DNA of 64,000 nucleotides from Amphiscolops sp. MND2022 (lineage: Eukaryota), in assembly GCA_964187785.1 (NCBI GenBank), contig OZ076409.1, forward strand, positions 62,374,001 to 62,438,000. Reading direction: 5' to 3'. Numbering within the stretch: position 1 is the first letter of the stretch; every line of letters starts with the position of its first letter. The position numbers were made by a program, and so were the translations under genes. Below the pieces are notes generated by a model. It worked only from the letters and a program-made list of their open reading frames with translations, was not told the origin of the DNA and searched no databases. Of this stretch, positions 38,413 to 50,605 are shown one piece after another.

Positions 38413-41100
38413 TCCGAAATTACATCTAATTATTTATACAATACTATACAATAGTAATATATGTGCATTCTTGAATGGAACTAGAGGCAAATGTCCGCTT
38501 AATTGGGACCTCAACAATACGAACAAGGGTGATAAAGGAGTGACAGTAACTTTTCTCTTGTGATTTAGGAGTTTACCTACTTGGGAGCTATTTGTTTAGA
38601 ATAAACATCTTGTGCAAAAACATTAACTTTTGTTTACCAGAGACAAGTCAAGGGTTTCCTGGTTGCCCAGAACATACTTTTGAAAAGAGTTCATGACAAA
38701 CATTTACCATTTTTCACATCGAAACTATGGAAAGATGCATTATCGTAAGACACCCATCGATAAAAGTTTTTATTCTCGAATACATGATGAATCACGTACC
38801 CTTGATTGCAATTACATGTAGTTCGAGTTTCTGTTTCAGACACCATACGAGCTCTTTATCGAGAAATACGAGTCATTCGAGAAAGAAAAGACTTATTCAT
38901 TGTTGACTGCAGCCGAATCAATAACCGAAGCGGCAAATATGTTGCAACAACATTCCAACAAACTCTTGCCTATCGAGAAATTGATCGAGGTTTGTCAACA
39001 TATTGTTCTCACCATTTCCAAATGAAGTTGTTTAACTTGATTGACAAATTCTACAGCAAACAATGATTTGAAAAGGATATCAAGTCAACAATGAAATACT
39101 CGACAACGGATAGATTTAGTGCTTTATGAAATTATGAAACGATGTAAGGAATGCGAAACATAGTGTTTAGAAAACCATGTCATAGCCAAACATGCTTTCT
39201 CATTATCACTCGTGTTATGCAATTTGTACGCTCTTTTTAGAATTCAAACTACGAACATACTCAAGTATTATATTAATTATTGTGCAAAATTTTTGTCGAA
39301 TTCCTCTTGTGTTCCAAAAAGTTCGCGACTTGAAATTTTTATGCTAATAGCTCAGGCAATTCAACGAATCGGGCAAACTGTGTTTAGTTGGTAATACAAC
39401 TGGTAATGTTCAATTCATTAGACAAGGTTACTAAAATCGTGTCATTTTTCTAATTCCAGTAAAAATAGGTTCGAGCAGAAATTCATCAGTAAATTCGAAA
39501 ATCGGTCATAAAACATGCAAAAAGATAACATCTTATTTTTCGCCGAGTTTACTTGCTAATAGATTGAGTTTGACATGCAATATTTTCTACTTTTAGTTTG
39601 GTGCAGATTCGATAGACGTACTTTCGTCTCTGGACAGAACAGATCAAGTTGAAATGATCGGAGACCAAGTTTTACAGGCGATGAATCAGCTCGAAGATTC
39701 CACCTTGAAAGGAATTTCTGAAGAGCATCTGAAACATGCTTCATTCATCTATAACACTGTGAAAACGTTAGTGCTCGCATATTTGGAGGTTTTAGCATCA
39801 ATTGGTAAAATTTTTAAATACAAGTAGCTATACATACTGATTATATAAACGTTTACAAGAATTCTTTCAAACGTCTCCTTCAAGGGTGCAGTTTGCCATA
39901 TACCTCTTGTGGAAGGATAATTAGTGGACGAATTAAATAGCGCTATTTCATCTTTTATAGTGGAATTAGTTTTAAACAAGATAAGGCTTGTAAAATTCAA
40001 TGACATCTACAGCAAATTTGCCTACATGGTGAATTAATGATTGCAAGTTCGATATCTAATGACTAAAATCATATAACCGGAAGTTGAAGATTTGCAAAAC
40101 GACAGTCCAAAGTCAGAACCAATCAGATTAAAAAAAAGAATTCTTTCAATACAAAAAAAAATAAACAAATCTGACATATCGGCTTGCGAGTTTACATATC
40201 AAATTCACGGATTGCTTTATAAAGAGATAAAATTGAGCGGTTGTTATCACAGCCAGAGCATACAGATCTTCTCTTTTCGAAATATTTTTTCCATTGTACC
40301 GTATTAACTCGACAGTTTTCCATCCAATTCATAAGCTCAGTCGTTACGTCAGCTTCTGCAAGAATTCGTTCAATTTCAGATTTCTAAATTGCAGAAACTC
40401 ATTGTTACGTTTTTTAAACGAATCGACTCACTTTCTGCCAATAACTAACAGATGCTGGTGGAAAGCTATCGCTAAAACTTGGTTGGAAAGTACTTATCAC
40501 TTGACCTAGAAGTTAACGCGGGTTTCTTTGCCTGGTCATGAAGTCTGGGGAGCAAAAGTACGTTGTTTCGAATTCCGCTCTCGACCCAAAAATGACAAAC
40601 ATACATATTATTTTCATTGGTATTAGCAGCACCCGCATTGCAGATAATACTGCATAAAACAGAAACGTTATTTAATTGGTCTTATGAAAAGGTTATTTAT
40701 TTATGCTTTCCAAGGTAGTTGGGAAACCAAAGTTTTTTTGCACTGCGAGACTTTTTGAACTTTGTATGTTTCACCAAAAAGTCACCTTTTAATTATTTTA
40801 TCTCTTCAGCAAGTAAAAAGCGTTTTGCGAGACAAGAGGGTCGCTTTTTTAGTTTTTCGGCAATGTGCGACTTTCCGATTTGAAAATTTGGCAAAATCCG
40901 GGTTTTTAAAAGATATATTTTCAGTCAAGGTCTTCCACCCATTAATTTTTTTCGGAATTGTTTATCACTGATTAGTTCCCCAGCGTGTGTGTTCAAAACA
41001 AACCAGTGTCGAGCTTCTGTATCTTCAGTTTGAACTCTTAATACTCATTCTGAACAAGACGGCCGCTAAGCACCAGGTAATTTTCCGCTAAAATGTAACG

Positions 41101-41172
41101 CATCAGCACGGGTTCGAACCCACGACCTCGTGTCTGCCACGCAGACGCACTACCAACTGCGCCTTGGTGACT
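41101..41172 (-). repeat. tRNA-derived SINE-like head
   Basis: Reverse strand has A box aggcgcagttgg and B box ggttcgaaccc; cloverleaf imperfect. Similar remnants near 11920, 20470, 34100, 37410. Confidence 0.6.
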
Positions 41173-41278
41173 AGAATTTACTAACTAAATGAAGTGACAA
41201 GTAACTAAAATAGTCAAGTAACAAATAGTCAAGTGCGTTGAAGGAGATCGTGGAGATTTGGCAGAATTTGACAAAACG

Positions 41279-41825
41279 AGCCGAGAACGGCCAAAGTCGG
41301 CGCCATATCTAAGGTGCAAAATTGAAAAGGGGGGACCCTTCGGGCTTTGTGAAACTCCAGCTGGCTGCAAAAAATGAAAAAAATTGAAGAGGGGACCCTT
41401 TGGGGACATGAAAAAATTTCTCAAAAAATTTTTTTAAATGAGATTTTTGAACAGTGTCACAGTGCCGAAAAATGTAAAAGGGGGGACCCTTTGCAATTTT
41501 TCGACATCCATTGTGTTGCAACATATCGAAACAAATGAAGGGGTGACCCTTTGGGGCAATCCAAGAAGTTTCAAAAAGTCTCATAGTGCCGAAAAAAAAG
41601 TGGGGCTATGTGGGGATTCTTAGTGTGTTTTCGAGGTTCTGGACGTCTGTTTTGTTTTTTCTTTTCGTTTTGGACGCGCTTCTGAGGCTGGAGTTGTTGA
41701 GGTTTGAAGTTGTTGAGGTTTGACGTTGTTGAACAAATAAACAAAAAAGTGGACCTTACGCGTCTAGAAAAACTACCCACTGTAAGAGTCGGGCACATTT
41801 TCTACTAAAATGCGCCGACTAAAAA
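41279..41825 (-). mobile_element. Helentron-type non-autonomous element (HINE/DINE-1-like), family A
   Basis: Subterminal IRs agtcggcgc / gcgccgact, terminal hairpin gccgagaacggc, partial IR agtcgggc, A/T-run ends; empty-site homologue near 12590-12660. Confidence 0.78.
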
Positions 41826-42128
41826 CGCAACATAGATTATGATTTTCCTCCCCCATTATATGTGGGCGGAAAATAATATATTTAGGATAAATCGATGGAA
41901 AAAGCGCTGTATACTTTTTCAAAGTTTTTATTTGTTTTGACTTGTTTAAATTGGGGTTCGAACTGATTCGTTTTCATCTTTCAAATTGTTTTTTTTTCAG
42001 TTTGAACTTTATTACGTTATAATAATTTTGACAATATCCGATACACGTTTCCAGCTGACTGAAATCATTTTTTATTTTGACTTGCAAATTTCGACGCTTA
42101 TGAATTCCCCAAACTATCTTGACTGCAG

Positions 42129-42344
42129 ATTCTACTTCAGTGTCTGTTTAGATTGAAGAATGCCAAATTGAGCGATGGTGAGAAGGCAGAAGATGCTTAT
42201 AAAGACAAATTGGATAAGTATTTAGTGCCAGAGATAGAACGGAATGTGGAGCTGAAAGTGATTCAACTGACTGGCAAACAGACTCACTTTGTGTTTAAAC
42301 GTTATCAAAGTGTGGCTGAAGTCAAGGACACCATCTACGAAGAA
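42129..42344 (+). CDS. Exon: linker plus ubiquitin-like domain N-half (VELKVIQLTGKQ..VAEVKDTIYEE)
   Basis: LTGK and VK motifs of the ubiquitin fold; phase-0 acceptor at 42129 (alternative 42141); donor gttagt. Confidence 0.82.
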
Positions 42345-43181
42345 GTTAGTTTGGCTCTTTTGTTACACCCCCCCCCCCCCCCTCCTCCACCATCAAAATT
42401 TTTTGGGAAAATTAGTGGAAATCTTATAACAAATAGACTTGAATACAAACAGAAAGCTTCAGTTTTAAATTTATTCTCAGGGTGATAGTTTAGGATTGAA
42501 AGTTTAGATACAAACTTTGTTCACACTTTTTCCCTATGTAGTTACGCATTTTTGGTGAAGAAATCAACAGCTTCCTGTTTTGAGTCATCAATAAACACAC
42601 TCAATACGAGAATAATTATAGTCAAAATGCGTGAACAATGTTTTGTTCGAGCGGAAAAACTACTCCAATACAAGTTAACTTCCTGTTATGAAAGAAGGTT
42701 TACTTTTAATTAGGCTAGTCTAAAGTTTTTAAGGAAAGTTTTTCAGAAAATCGTATGTGAGAAACTGTAAAATTAGAAAGTAGCAAGCAATGTGCTTTTA
42801 ATTTTGTTTAGCAAGGTAAAATAAGGAGCATTTTTATCCTTTTGTTGGACAGGGTGTAGATGCAGTTGCTGTAGAAGTTGGGCGCCATTATGAATTCGTA
42901 GGGGTACTTTTTAGCTTTCTTTCGGTAATAGGATTTGTCAAGAATGTAAGCTTATGAACTTTACTTTTGAGTCTTTGCTTGAGTCAACCTTAGGCGGTGA
43001 TTGTTGAAAAACCAATGATTGAGTCAGTCTTGTCAATGAAAAGTCGTAATGCGAAGTAGTAGTAGTAGTGAGCCATTGATTTCTCCATTACATGATTAGT
43101 TTTTTATAAAATTTTCATTATCTCTGCGATAGCAGGAATATTATTGAAACCTCAAGATGCCAACTTTTTTATAATAAATCT

Positions 43182-43592
43182 GAGGGCATAAGTCGGCGCC
43201 CGTCTTAAGGCTGAAAAAGCAAAAATACTTCGAAGCGTCAAGGATTCTCTTTTTATTATTTCTGCGATAGCAGGAATATTATTGAAATCTCAATTTGTCT
43301 ACTTTTTTTTCAGTGTAATTCTTCGCACGATATTGAAAATATCAGATATTTTGTTCGGCAGTGACTATAAGCGTGAGAATTAATTTTCTCAAGCTGCCGA
43401 CAACAATTCAATTCTTATGCGATGGAACGAGCGAGTGATAATTATGCATTCGTACGCTGACGTCATTGAGATGAAACGAGGGAATGTTCGTAATTATGCT
43501 TTCGTACGCCGAGTTATTGAGATGAAGCGAACGAGTGTTAATTATTCTTTCACAGAGAGCTTCGCCTGCATTCAAATGCGAATGCGAAACTT
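43182..43592. repeat. Dispersed repeat, highly similar to 63490-63897
   Basis: agggcataagtcggcgcccgtcttaagg ... gcttcgcctgcattcaaatgcgaatgcgaaact in both copies. Confidence 0.85.
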
Positions 43593-44429
43593 TAAAGCAG
43601 AAATAGCAAAAAGCAAAAACTTTGAAAGATTAAAGCAGAAATAATAGTGTGCCCCGGGCCTATTTGTTATTGTGGTACCCTATTTTAAAAAGGATGTTTT
43701 TCTATAGGATCTCATGTAGGGCTTTTTGCAAAATCCTACGTCCTTTCACCACTGCTTTTAAAAAGCCCTCATTCAAATAGATCTAGCATATCTGAGAAAG
43801 AATTATGCGTCGATCTTACATTGTTCTATCGCTAGAATTTGGAGCATGTGAATGTCGGATAAAACTTACGGACCATGTCATCTATTTCCCCCCAAAACTG
43901 CGGCGGGGGGTAATAAGACAGAAGGTTCAAATACCATTATGTCGACATCATTTGCGTTGAAATTTTGGTCCAATAAAATAATTGATGTTAACATAATCCT
44001 ATCCATTACATTAACTCAGTTACAAGCTTCTCATTAGATTTTATAGCGGTCAAAATTTGCGTTGAAATAGGGGGCTTTTTAAATACATTTTTAGCTTGTT
44101 TCAAACGTAACTTTCTGCTATTTTGGACAGTAATATCAAAAATTATTGTAATTTTTTTGCCTGAAGTGTTCAAACAGTTGTAGAAACAATCCTCTAAGTA
44201 TTTACATTCATATAATATTCTCTTATTAGTGAAATATTTTTATTCAAGAACAAAATGTGTTTTCGTGTTTGGGGGATATTCACAACAAGGTATACCTGGG
44301 GGGGGGGGTAGATGACATGGATCAAACTTACGCGACCTTGTTTAATAACGTTATGAAAATGTCATTGCATTTTTTGTTAATCGGTGGTTGCACATACGAA
44401 AAGCAAAAGCCAAAGTTTCGTTTTTGCAG

Positions 44430-44592
44430 GAAGGAATTCCGCCAAATCAACAGAGGATTGTTTTCAAAGGAAGACAACTACAAGATGAACAAATCCTGAA
44501 TGACCTGGACGTGCAGAATGGCGACACTTTTCACATGGTGATGAGACTCAGAGGTGGATATATTGACCCTACAGCTATTCCAGACAAAAGTG
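44430..44592 (+). CDS. Exon: ubiquitin-like domain C-half (EGIPPNQQRIVFKGRQLQD..HMVMRLRGG-YIDP..)
   Basis: Clear ubiquitin similarity; ttgcag acceptor phase 0; frame continues past GG to donor gtaaga phase 1. Confidence 0.92.
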
Positions 44593-45018
44593 GTAAGATT
44601 TTTTTCGAGATATGAGAACTGTCTAGCGAAACTATGTATTCTTGTTGTTTCAAATTGGTTGGGAGCCATGTCAAAGTTTTTGCTTACAAAAATGTTGCTA
44701 TTAAGAAACTTTCAGAAACATGATTACTTTAAAATGTTAGTTTGTTTAGAGGGGATATTGTTTTCAAGGTTCCGCGTTTTATGAACGTTTTCCCCATCTT
44801 CAGCTTCTGCTGAACTCGCGCTAATCCATGCTTGAACTTTTCTCATTTCTTGTTCATTCTGTTGAGCTAGTACCTCACGAGTTTTGTGCAAAAGTGTGTG
44901 GAGCACTGCTTTGCCTCGGTGTCGAAAATGCAAATTGATATCCGATACCAGTGAGACAACGTAGTACGACAGTAAGAGTTTGCTGACACTGGTAGCATCA
45001 ATGCAGTTTTGTATTCAG

Positions 45019-45159
45019 AATTGGGCCGTACAGTAATGGTAGACGCTGGCTCGTACACTGTGAAAGCTGGACTTGTGTCTGAGGGTGGATCAACTGTGGA
45101 TGCCATGTGCAGTGATATAGTGGAAGTCAGAAATGTCGTTGGCCGGCCCAGACATCAAG
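45019..45159 (+). CDS. Exon: actin N-terminal-like segment ([22 protein letters not shown])
   Basis: Matches actin phosphate-1 loop DxGSxxxKAG and VGRPRHQ; attcag acceptor, gtaaga donor, phase 1/1. Absent from the ORF track. Confidence 0.9.
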
Positions 45160-46450
45160 GTAAGAAGAGCACTTGAGGATGGATAGTCGTCTTTCCCTTG
45201 AGGATAGTAGTGAAGAACTACTAGGGATCGCTTTGCTCGAAGGGCAGGTAGGAGAGGTGCTTACTTGCAATCAGAAAGTCGGACGTTTCGAAAAACTTAC
45301 AAATGCCATTTTTTTGCTCATTAAAAAGCTCTCAGTTGTTTCAAAGTGTCCTGCGATCCATCAAAAGTTTTGGCTGCTTGTTTTCAAATGTTACACATTT
45401 GAAGTCTGAAATTTCTATTTTTTTTGGTTTACTAGTATTAGCATATGACTGTTAGAGGACATATGACATCTCGATTCGACCCTTTTTTTACTATTGGAAA
45501 GTTCTAATTTTCCATTATATTATTTACTCCAACCCATTCACTTCATATGGGAGAAGAAAATTCACCTATCCGCTTGCTTTTTCCTAACAATTATTGCGAA
45601 GGTCCAATTTTATCTTCGTAAAGTAGTCAAAAGACAATGTTCGTAGCGGGCGTATTTTTGAAAATTCGCGTGTCTCGCTTTTCCTTCGAGTTTTTCACTT
45701 TCAAAAAATAGCCTACTAAAATTTGGCGCTATTTGAGAACGACAATGTTGGGGAAACTCAATGACTGAAGAATCGCCATTCGTATGGAAACTACATCAAG
45801 ACAAATTCGGTTGTCGTTTTCAGATTTCGCAAAGCTTTAATGTAACTCGTGGAATAACGTCAACCAATTACCATGACCCAGTTTCTTGTCCCTGCATCTG
45901 ACAAAAGTCCTCAGGGGATGAATTACTTTTACGTCTCGGAGTTTATCCCCGTGCTTGTTGATGGATTTCTTCGATTGAAGTGAAAAATCAGCTGTTTAAT
46001 TATAGAAACTTCGCTCTCATTTTCGCTCGGAATGAACGAGTCTGTTTGCAATAGCTCCAATCATTCGGGGGGGGGGGGGGGGCTTTTTCCGTTCGATACA
46101 TGAAAAGTCTATTCGTCTTGGAAGAGTTGCTTGTGCTAAAAGGTTTTATTCACCCTGAAGTTAGTTTACTCACGAAGAACATTTTCCCCGTCTACTATGC
46201 CAATTGTTACTTTTCTTCCAGTTCTTTATTGTTTTGACCCACTTGACTAAGTAAGTTTTCTGCCTAATCGCAAACTAAATTCCCTAGTTTATCGTTACAG
46301 TTCACCTTCGAGAGGGAATAGGCTTATACAAGGAAGCTGTTGGCCCAACGTTGTAAACCATGTCTAAATTGATAACAATTTAGATGTTCCGAGTCTCGTT
46401 CAAAACTATATCATCATTACTAAGCAACCATTTTTTGACGCTCTTTTCTG

Positions 46451-47010
46451 TCGTATCATCATCGTCGTATCCATCATCAATGTAGAGGTCCACATAGCAC
46501 TGTTTGCCACCTCTCCGCCAGTCTGACAGCTTCATCTGTTACTCTCATCAGATCTCCGGTATGCAATCCACTTGCTTTGACTATGTGTGACGTCGTCTGA
46601 ACTTGTCCGCATTGACATAACTCGTCTTCGCTTACACCCCATTTTTTGAGGTTGTATTTTGATCTTCCATTGAGCGCTCTCAATCTATTGAGGCATTTCC
46701 ACGTGCTCCACTTCAGGTTTCCACCAGGTGGCAGTTCCTCACGACGGCCAGTAGGTTGGTTCTTTGAACGCTCTCTCATTTTCCAGAAACGCTGCTTGTA
46801 CTGTTCTGCTGTCATATCGGGGACGCATGTTTTGTGTAGGAACCTGTACCTCGATTTCAGCCGCCTCTCTGCTGGTTCTCGTCCGTACAGCGGGTGTCTG
46901 GAGTCAGTCTCTTGTTACTTTTCTCCTGTACTAGACAGCTCTTCCGGCGAATCATTGGCGGGGCTATTCCTGCTAGATTGTACACTGTATCTATTGGGGT
47001 GTTTTCTGTG
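46451..47010 (-). mobile_element. 3' fragment of an Ingi/Vingi-like LINE
   Basis: WKCLNRLR..GR..LKKWG..CQCGQVQTTSHIV C-terminal zinc-finger motif; gatacga-repeat tail. Confidence 0.72.
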
Positions 47011-47074
47011 AGACGTGGCCGGTACACTCAGATATGATTTCCATAACAGATTTACTGAACTGATGATATGATTA

Positions 47075-47697
47075 CCAGAAATTTCGTCGTCAGAATATTC
47101 GTCGTCGATAATTAAGATCTATAATCCGTCGCATTTTCTCTAATCTAATAAGAATCATTTCATTAATGAGTCCTGATAATTATCGAGTCTTTGTAATTAT
47201 CTCAATAAGTATCGATAATTGTGCAATTATTGCTATCATTGACTACTTTTACTTGTGGTTTTGAAAGAAAAAGTTTCGGATCATGCTTAGCAACCACCAA
47301 AAAGATACATTTTGTTTCTTAGCCCCCCAACACAAAGTTGTTTCGACACTTAAAGCAAAAATTTCCAGGATTTTTTGATAATTATCTGACAAAAAAGCAA
47401 AAATTCACCCCTGGGACAAGTTTAAATTGTATCGTAAAGCCCTGGTAAGTAGTTGAAACACCGTTAAAATACTTCAGGACTGAAAATTTCTCGTTGCTCC
47501 TGATAAGTTGATTGAATGCAATTAACTTTTTGACTCAATTCCGGTGTCAAAATGAAACTTGTTCTTAAGATCTCATTCTATTAATTAAATAATAGAATAA
47601 TTATAATGGTATCTTTCCGTGAACGCTGTTGATTCTGGATTAGCTAATACGACGAAATTTCTTACGACGAAATTTCTGACGACGAAATTTCCGCCTT
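47075..47697. mobile_element. MITE-like element
   Basis: gaaatttcgtcgtcagaa ... ttctgacgacgaaatttc inverted ends. Confidence 0.6.
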
Positions 47698-47704
47698 CCG
47701 ATGT

Positions 47705-48125
47705 TTAAGAGTCTAAAAAAATTTCGACTACTTTATGCAATCCTTTTTTTCTCCCAACCTTTCAGTGAAAATTTCTTAAAAACTGTCCATACGATTTCCA
47801 TAAAATTTTGCTGTTATTCTACACCCAAAGGTGCCCCTGTGTGCACAATGTTATCAAAATGGTATGACTGGAATGTGAGAAACATAGCCAAATTTCACCC
47901 TAAAATGGCCAAAAAACAGCTGTTTTTGGACTTTTTTCGATTTTCTCAAAAACTGTCCGCACGATTCGAACGATATTTCTATTTCAGGGTCATTCTACAC
48001 TATATTCTACACGCTTCATTCTACACTATCTTAGGGTCATATAAGCGCAATTTCATCAAAATCGTATGACTGGGATTCGAGCGAGTCAGAAGAAGAAAGT
48101 CATTATCCGACACCGGCTCTGGTTT
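47705..48125 (+). mobile_element. HINE-like family B copy
   Basis: Shares aaaactgtccatacgatt / aaaatggccaaaaaacagc units with 20986-21512. Confidence 0.68.
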
Positions 48126-48890
48126 CTATACCTCGACGAAATCATTTATGGCGTGCCTTTTAAAAGTTTCAAAGATGACATTCTCTATTATGGGGTGACT
48201 TCTTACTATTATTCTTTCGTTTCATGGCATCAGAAAGTTTTCCATGTCAACTTAACGATTCCACAACGGAAGAATACACGCTCGATCACGTTTAGTGCAA
48301 TGAGTGCAATATCAAATACCGATACCCTGAGTTGTTTTGTGGCCTACACTTTTTTTAGTTTCCGTGAACCTTTTGTTTTAAAATTTTGATGTTTGATTTT
48401 CTTTTACTAGTTCTATTCCGTAGTTTGAGAATGACTTTTTTGCGTTCAATTGCCTCTTCGAGCTTTCTTCTTATTCTCTTAGGTATTTGAATTTCTCAGT
48501 CAAAAGGAACGAAACTCAAAGACGCAACTTCATGCAAAAAAAAATTGATGACTTCATATTTCATTCTTGAACTACTGAGAAGAACTAATGAAAAAGTAAA
48601 TCAAGTTTTTTCTGACTCGAACTTTTGTATCACTTCATTGTGAAAATGGTGGAACCGTTTTCTGATTATGTTGGATCTTGACGTTGGATGTTTAAGTTGG
48701 ATCTTCACTGCGCCTCTTGACATGCAATCACTTTTTTGACGATAATTTGTCGGTCGCAGATAGATTTTTTTGTTTCTAGTTTATGTGATCATTCATGTGA
48801 TTGGGAATCAGTTTTTTAAATTTCTACCTCTCTTCTTGCTATGGAATTTTTTGAACGCCACTTCTCGAAGTCACTTTTATTTTCTTGCAG

Positions 48891-49025
48891 GCGTGATGGT
48901 TGGCATGGGACAGAAAGATAGCTATGTTGGAGCGGAAATCGACCCTGCATTTCGTTTGACAAAGCTTGCAAAAGTTGAAACAAAACTCCGGAGCGAAGCA
49001 ACAGACTCAGCTGATTCAAACTCAA
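48891..49025 (+). CDS. Exon: actin D-loop ([14 protein letters not shown]) then non-actin sequence
   Basis: Exact actin D-loop sequence directly after a ttgcag acceptor; donor gttagt; phase 1/1. Confidence 0.9.
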
Positions 49026-49754
49026 GTTAGTGACATTCACTTTCATTCGATATTATTCGTCCTAAAATGAGATCATTGAAGATTCATCTTACTGTGTTTC
49101 TCAAGATCGTTCAAGTTTAAAGACAAAAGTTTCATCAGACTAAATTACTTATGTTCAAAATCGATACTTGGGACCTTTCCAAGAATGACACCGATTCAGG
49201 ACTGAGCTGTTCTATACACTGCAAGTTGGAGGGCTATTTTGCATTGTCAATAAGCTTTCCATTTACTGCAATCTCGAAAAATTGCCTGGAAGTTGAATTT
49301 AAAAGCTGTAACAAAAGTGGAAAGTTCACCTGAAAAAGAACAACCAAAATTATCATGCTTATCACTTGGTTTCGCAAATCTACTGGTATATAGAAAAGAT
49401 TTTTTATGGAAGGTATGATGAATGTAACTAGTCGCTCCTCTGTTGATGAAAAACCTGCGATGGTCCGCGGAAGTATCCCTGCATCTAACGTTTTCGAATC
49501 ACCACGTGCTTCGACCCAGTCGACAAAACGACAAAGGTCTTTCAAAGGTTAAATCTAATCTATAAAGAAAACAGTTCGTTTCCGTTGTAATCGTTTCCGT
49601 TTTTTGTCGAAATCTTCTTGACCTGGAACAGAACATAAATGGAGGGCAAAAAGAATATAAAAAGTGCCTCGACGTGGATATTAAATGTGATAATCTATGT
49701 TGAAGATTTTTCAAGGTAACCTTACCTTGTAGAACAACGCTCTTGAAAGCATAA

Positions 49755-50605
49755 ATAACAAACCGGGAACGGCTCCGCTCAAGGTTCAAAAAGTGAAGTT
49801 TTTTGAATATGCAAAAGGACACTATTGTTGAAATTTCATTGATTTTCCCATGCCAAAAAATACCCCAAGGTATACACGGATACAGAAGACTCGAAAACCA
49901 CTTTTTCTCCAACTTGAAACAACAGAAATACTATTTCATGAAGTGAAACGCGACTATTATAGTGACTTTTCTTTTTTTTCAATCCACACGAACTGACCAA
50001 AATAGTTCTTGGAAGTTCTACAAAATATTTTGCACCAAATTGCACCATCTGGCCTAGCGAACTGAACCAACAAAAACTTTTCCTGTTTTCCCGCGTAACA
50101 TACCATACCAGGCGAGACCAAAGGGTCCCCCTTTCAATTTTTTTCGGCACTGCGAGACTTTTTTGCGGAAAAAAAATCCCCAAAGGGTCCCCTTTCAATT
50201 TTTTTGCTGTTTTGCGACAGAATGGATGTTGGAAAATCCCAAAGGGCCCCCTTTCAGTTTTTTCGGCACTGTGAGACTTTTTTTCCAAAATTTTTTTCTC
50301 TCCAAAGGGTCCCTCTTCAATTTCTTTGATATTTTACAACAGATTGGGTGTTTAAAAATCCCAAAGAATCCCTCTCCGTTTTTCGGCATTGTGACACTTT
50401 TTCGAAGTTTTGTTTTTTCTCCAAATGGTTCCCCCATCAATTGCGACAAAAATGTTGACTATTTCGGAAATGTCCTCCTTCTTTTAGCGCGCCAGGGGCT
50501 CGCGCTAGCGGGCCCCGGCGCGCCACTCGGTCCATTTATTTGGTTTTTCGATTTTCGAGTACTGTAAATTGACACTTGGGAGTCCTTTTGCTATTTTTGA
50601 GCCTA
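49755..50605. mobile_element. Nested or compound family A repeat copies
   Basis: Repeated ttttcggcactgtgagact / aaagggtccc cores. Confidence 0.6.

Noticed and set aside
38570..40500. Possible decayed transposase (also 50880-51300 and 53800-55400)
   Set aside because: Coding-like composition but no motif I could assign with confidence.
41101..41172. Functional tRNA gene
   Set aside because: Acceptor and anticodon stems imperfect and embedded in a dispersed repeat.
42153..44615. Stand-alone ubiquitin or NEDD8 gene
   Set aside because: Too diverged, no initiator Met at the domain start, and the frame is open on both sides.
45019..49030. Stand-alone actin gene or pseudogene
   Set aside because: Only about the first 55 residues are represented, with no own start, and splice phases tie it to flanking exons.
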